Source of the DNA: an uncultured Bacteroides sp.
Lineage (GTDB): Bacteria; Bacteroidota; Bacteroidia; Bacteroidales; Bacteroidaceae
Length of the DNA: 41,464 nt
Assembly (NCBI GenBank): GCA_944320635.1
Contig: CALUIF010000016.1
Coordinates: 1 to 41,464 of the forward strand
Direction: 5' to 3'
Shown: positions 37,776-41,464 of the stretch, in pieces
Layout: each line of letters begins with the position of its first letter
Numbering within the stretch: the stretch's first letter is position 1
Notes under the pieces: model-generated
The model's input: the letters and a program-made list of their open reading frames with translations, nothing else
The model's database searches: none
Told to the model about the DNA's origin: nothing
Translations under genes and position numbers: made by a program

Positions 37776-37884
37776 GACGTACTTTGTTCGCATTTCCTAC
37801 GCTCCTTCTTCGCTCCATAGCAAGCAAGAAAGAGCGGAGTTGGTACGGACTTGGTACGAAGAAGGTACGGAGCGGGTACGGGGA
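37776..37884. repeat. Second 11-bp-period array with an inverted degenerate arm
   Basis: TGGTACGGACT / TGGTACGAAGA / AGGTACGGAGC / GGGTACGGGGA (37841-37884), with degenerate reverse units at 37776-37819. Confidence 0.75.
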
Positions 37885-38111
37885 AAAAGTATAGTTGGTA
37901 ATACAAAATATTGGTCATCAAACAGATAGAAAGATAAGAGAGTCCATTTTTGTCAGGAAATAAGAAAATTAAAGAATTTAGATATAAAACATTATTACTA
38001 TTAGCACTTCAAATCCAACAAAATCATATATATTGACATACCTGCGACGCATGCCAATTTCGCTCATATCCTTTTGAGCCGATGTATCGTCATGCAAAGT
38101 CACTATCATGA

Positions 38112-40229
<2,118 letters not shown>

Positions 40230-40247
40230 ACAACTCAAAATACCTAA

Positions 40248-41464
<1,217 letters not shown>

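Overview
Chromosomal window from a Bacteroidales bacterium, probably Bacteroidaceae: it has many TAnnTTTG '-7' promoter boxes, an archaeal/eukaryotic-type proS and Sus-type genes. Gene order: cdd (partial), proS, nudC, GH36 alpha-galactosidase, an ECF sigma/OM-barrel anti-sigma/lipoprotein/secreted-protein operon behind DUF4783-nadC, a DUF5686-like OM protein, fcl, an M16 peptidase, a LytS/LytTR pair divergent from a TonB-dependent-like barrel, a TRIC/UPF0126 protein, a degenerate WecB, a D-2-hydroxyacid dehydrogenase, a CpdB-like nucleotidase, a LolC/E permease, an aminotransferase and a short fucose-isomerase-like gene. An extended starch locus follows (pulA, malQ, MFS, susR, susA, susB truncated at the edge). 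I saw no rRNA, tRNA, CRISPR array, transposase, integrase, phage or defence genes, and I cannot claim a clearly new multi-gene system. The best leads are: (1) intergenic palindromic repeat elements with 7/9/11/22-bp periods, some sharing a core, plus two IR-bounded MITE-like elements; (2) a candidate SusR operator geometry repeated at three promoters; (3) three phased LytTR-type boxes; (4) a WecB paralogue lacking catalytic residues; (5) a putative two-membrane-spanning ECF/anti-sigma module. All family and DUF assignments come from motif recognition and recall, not database searches.
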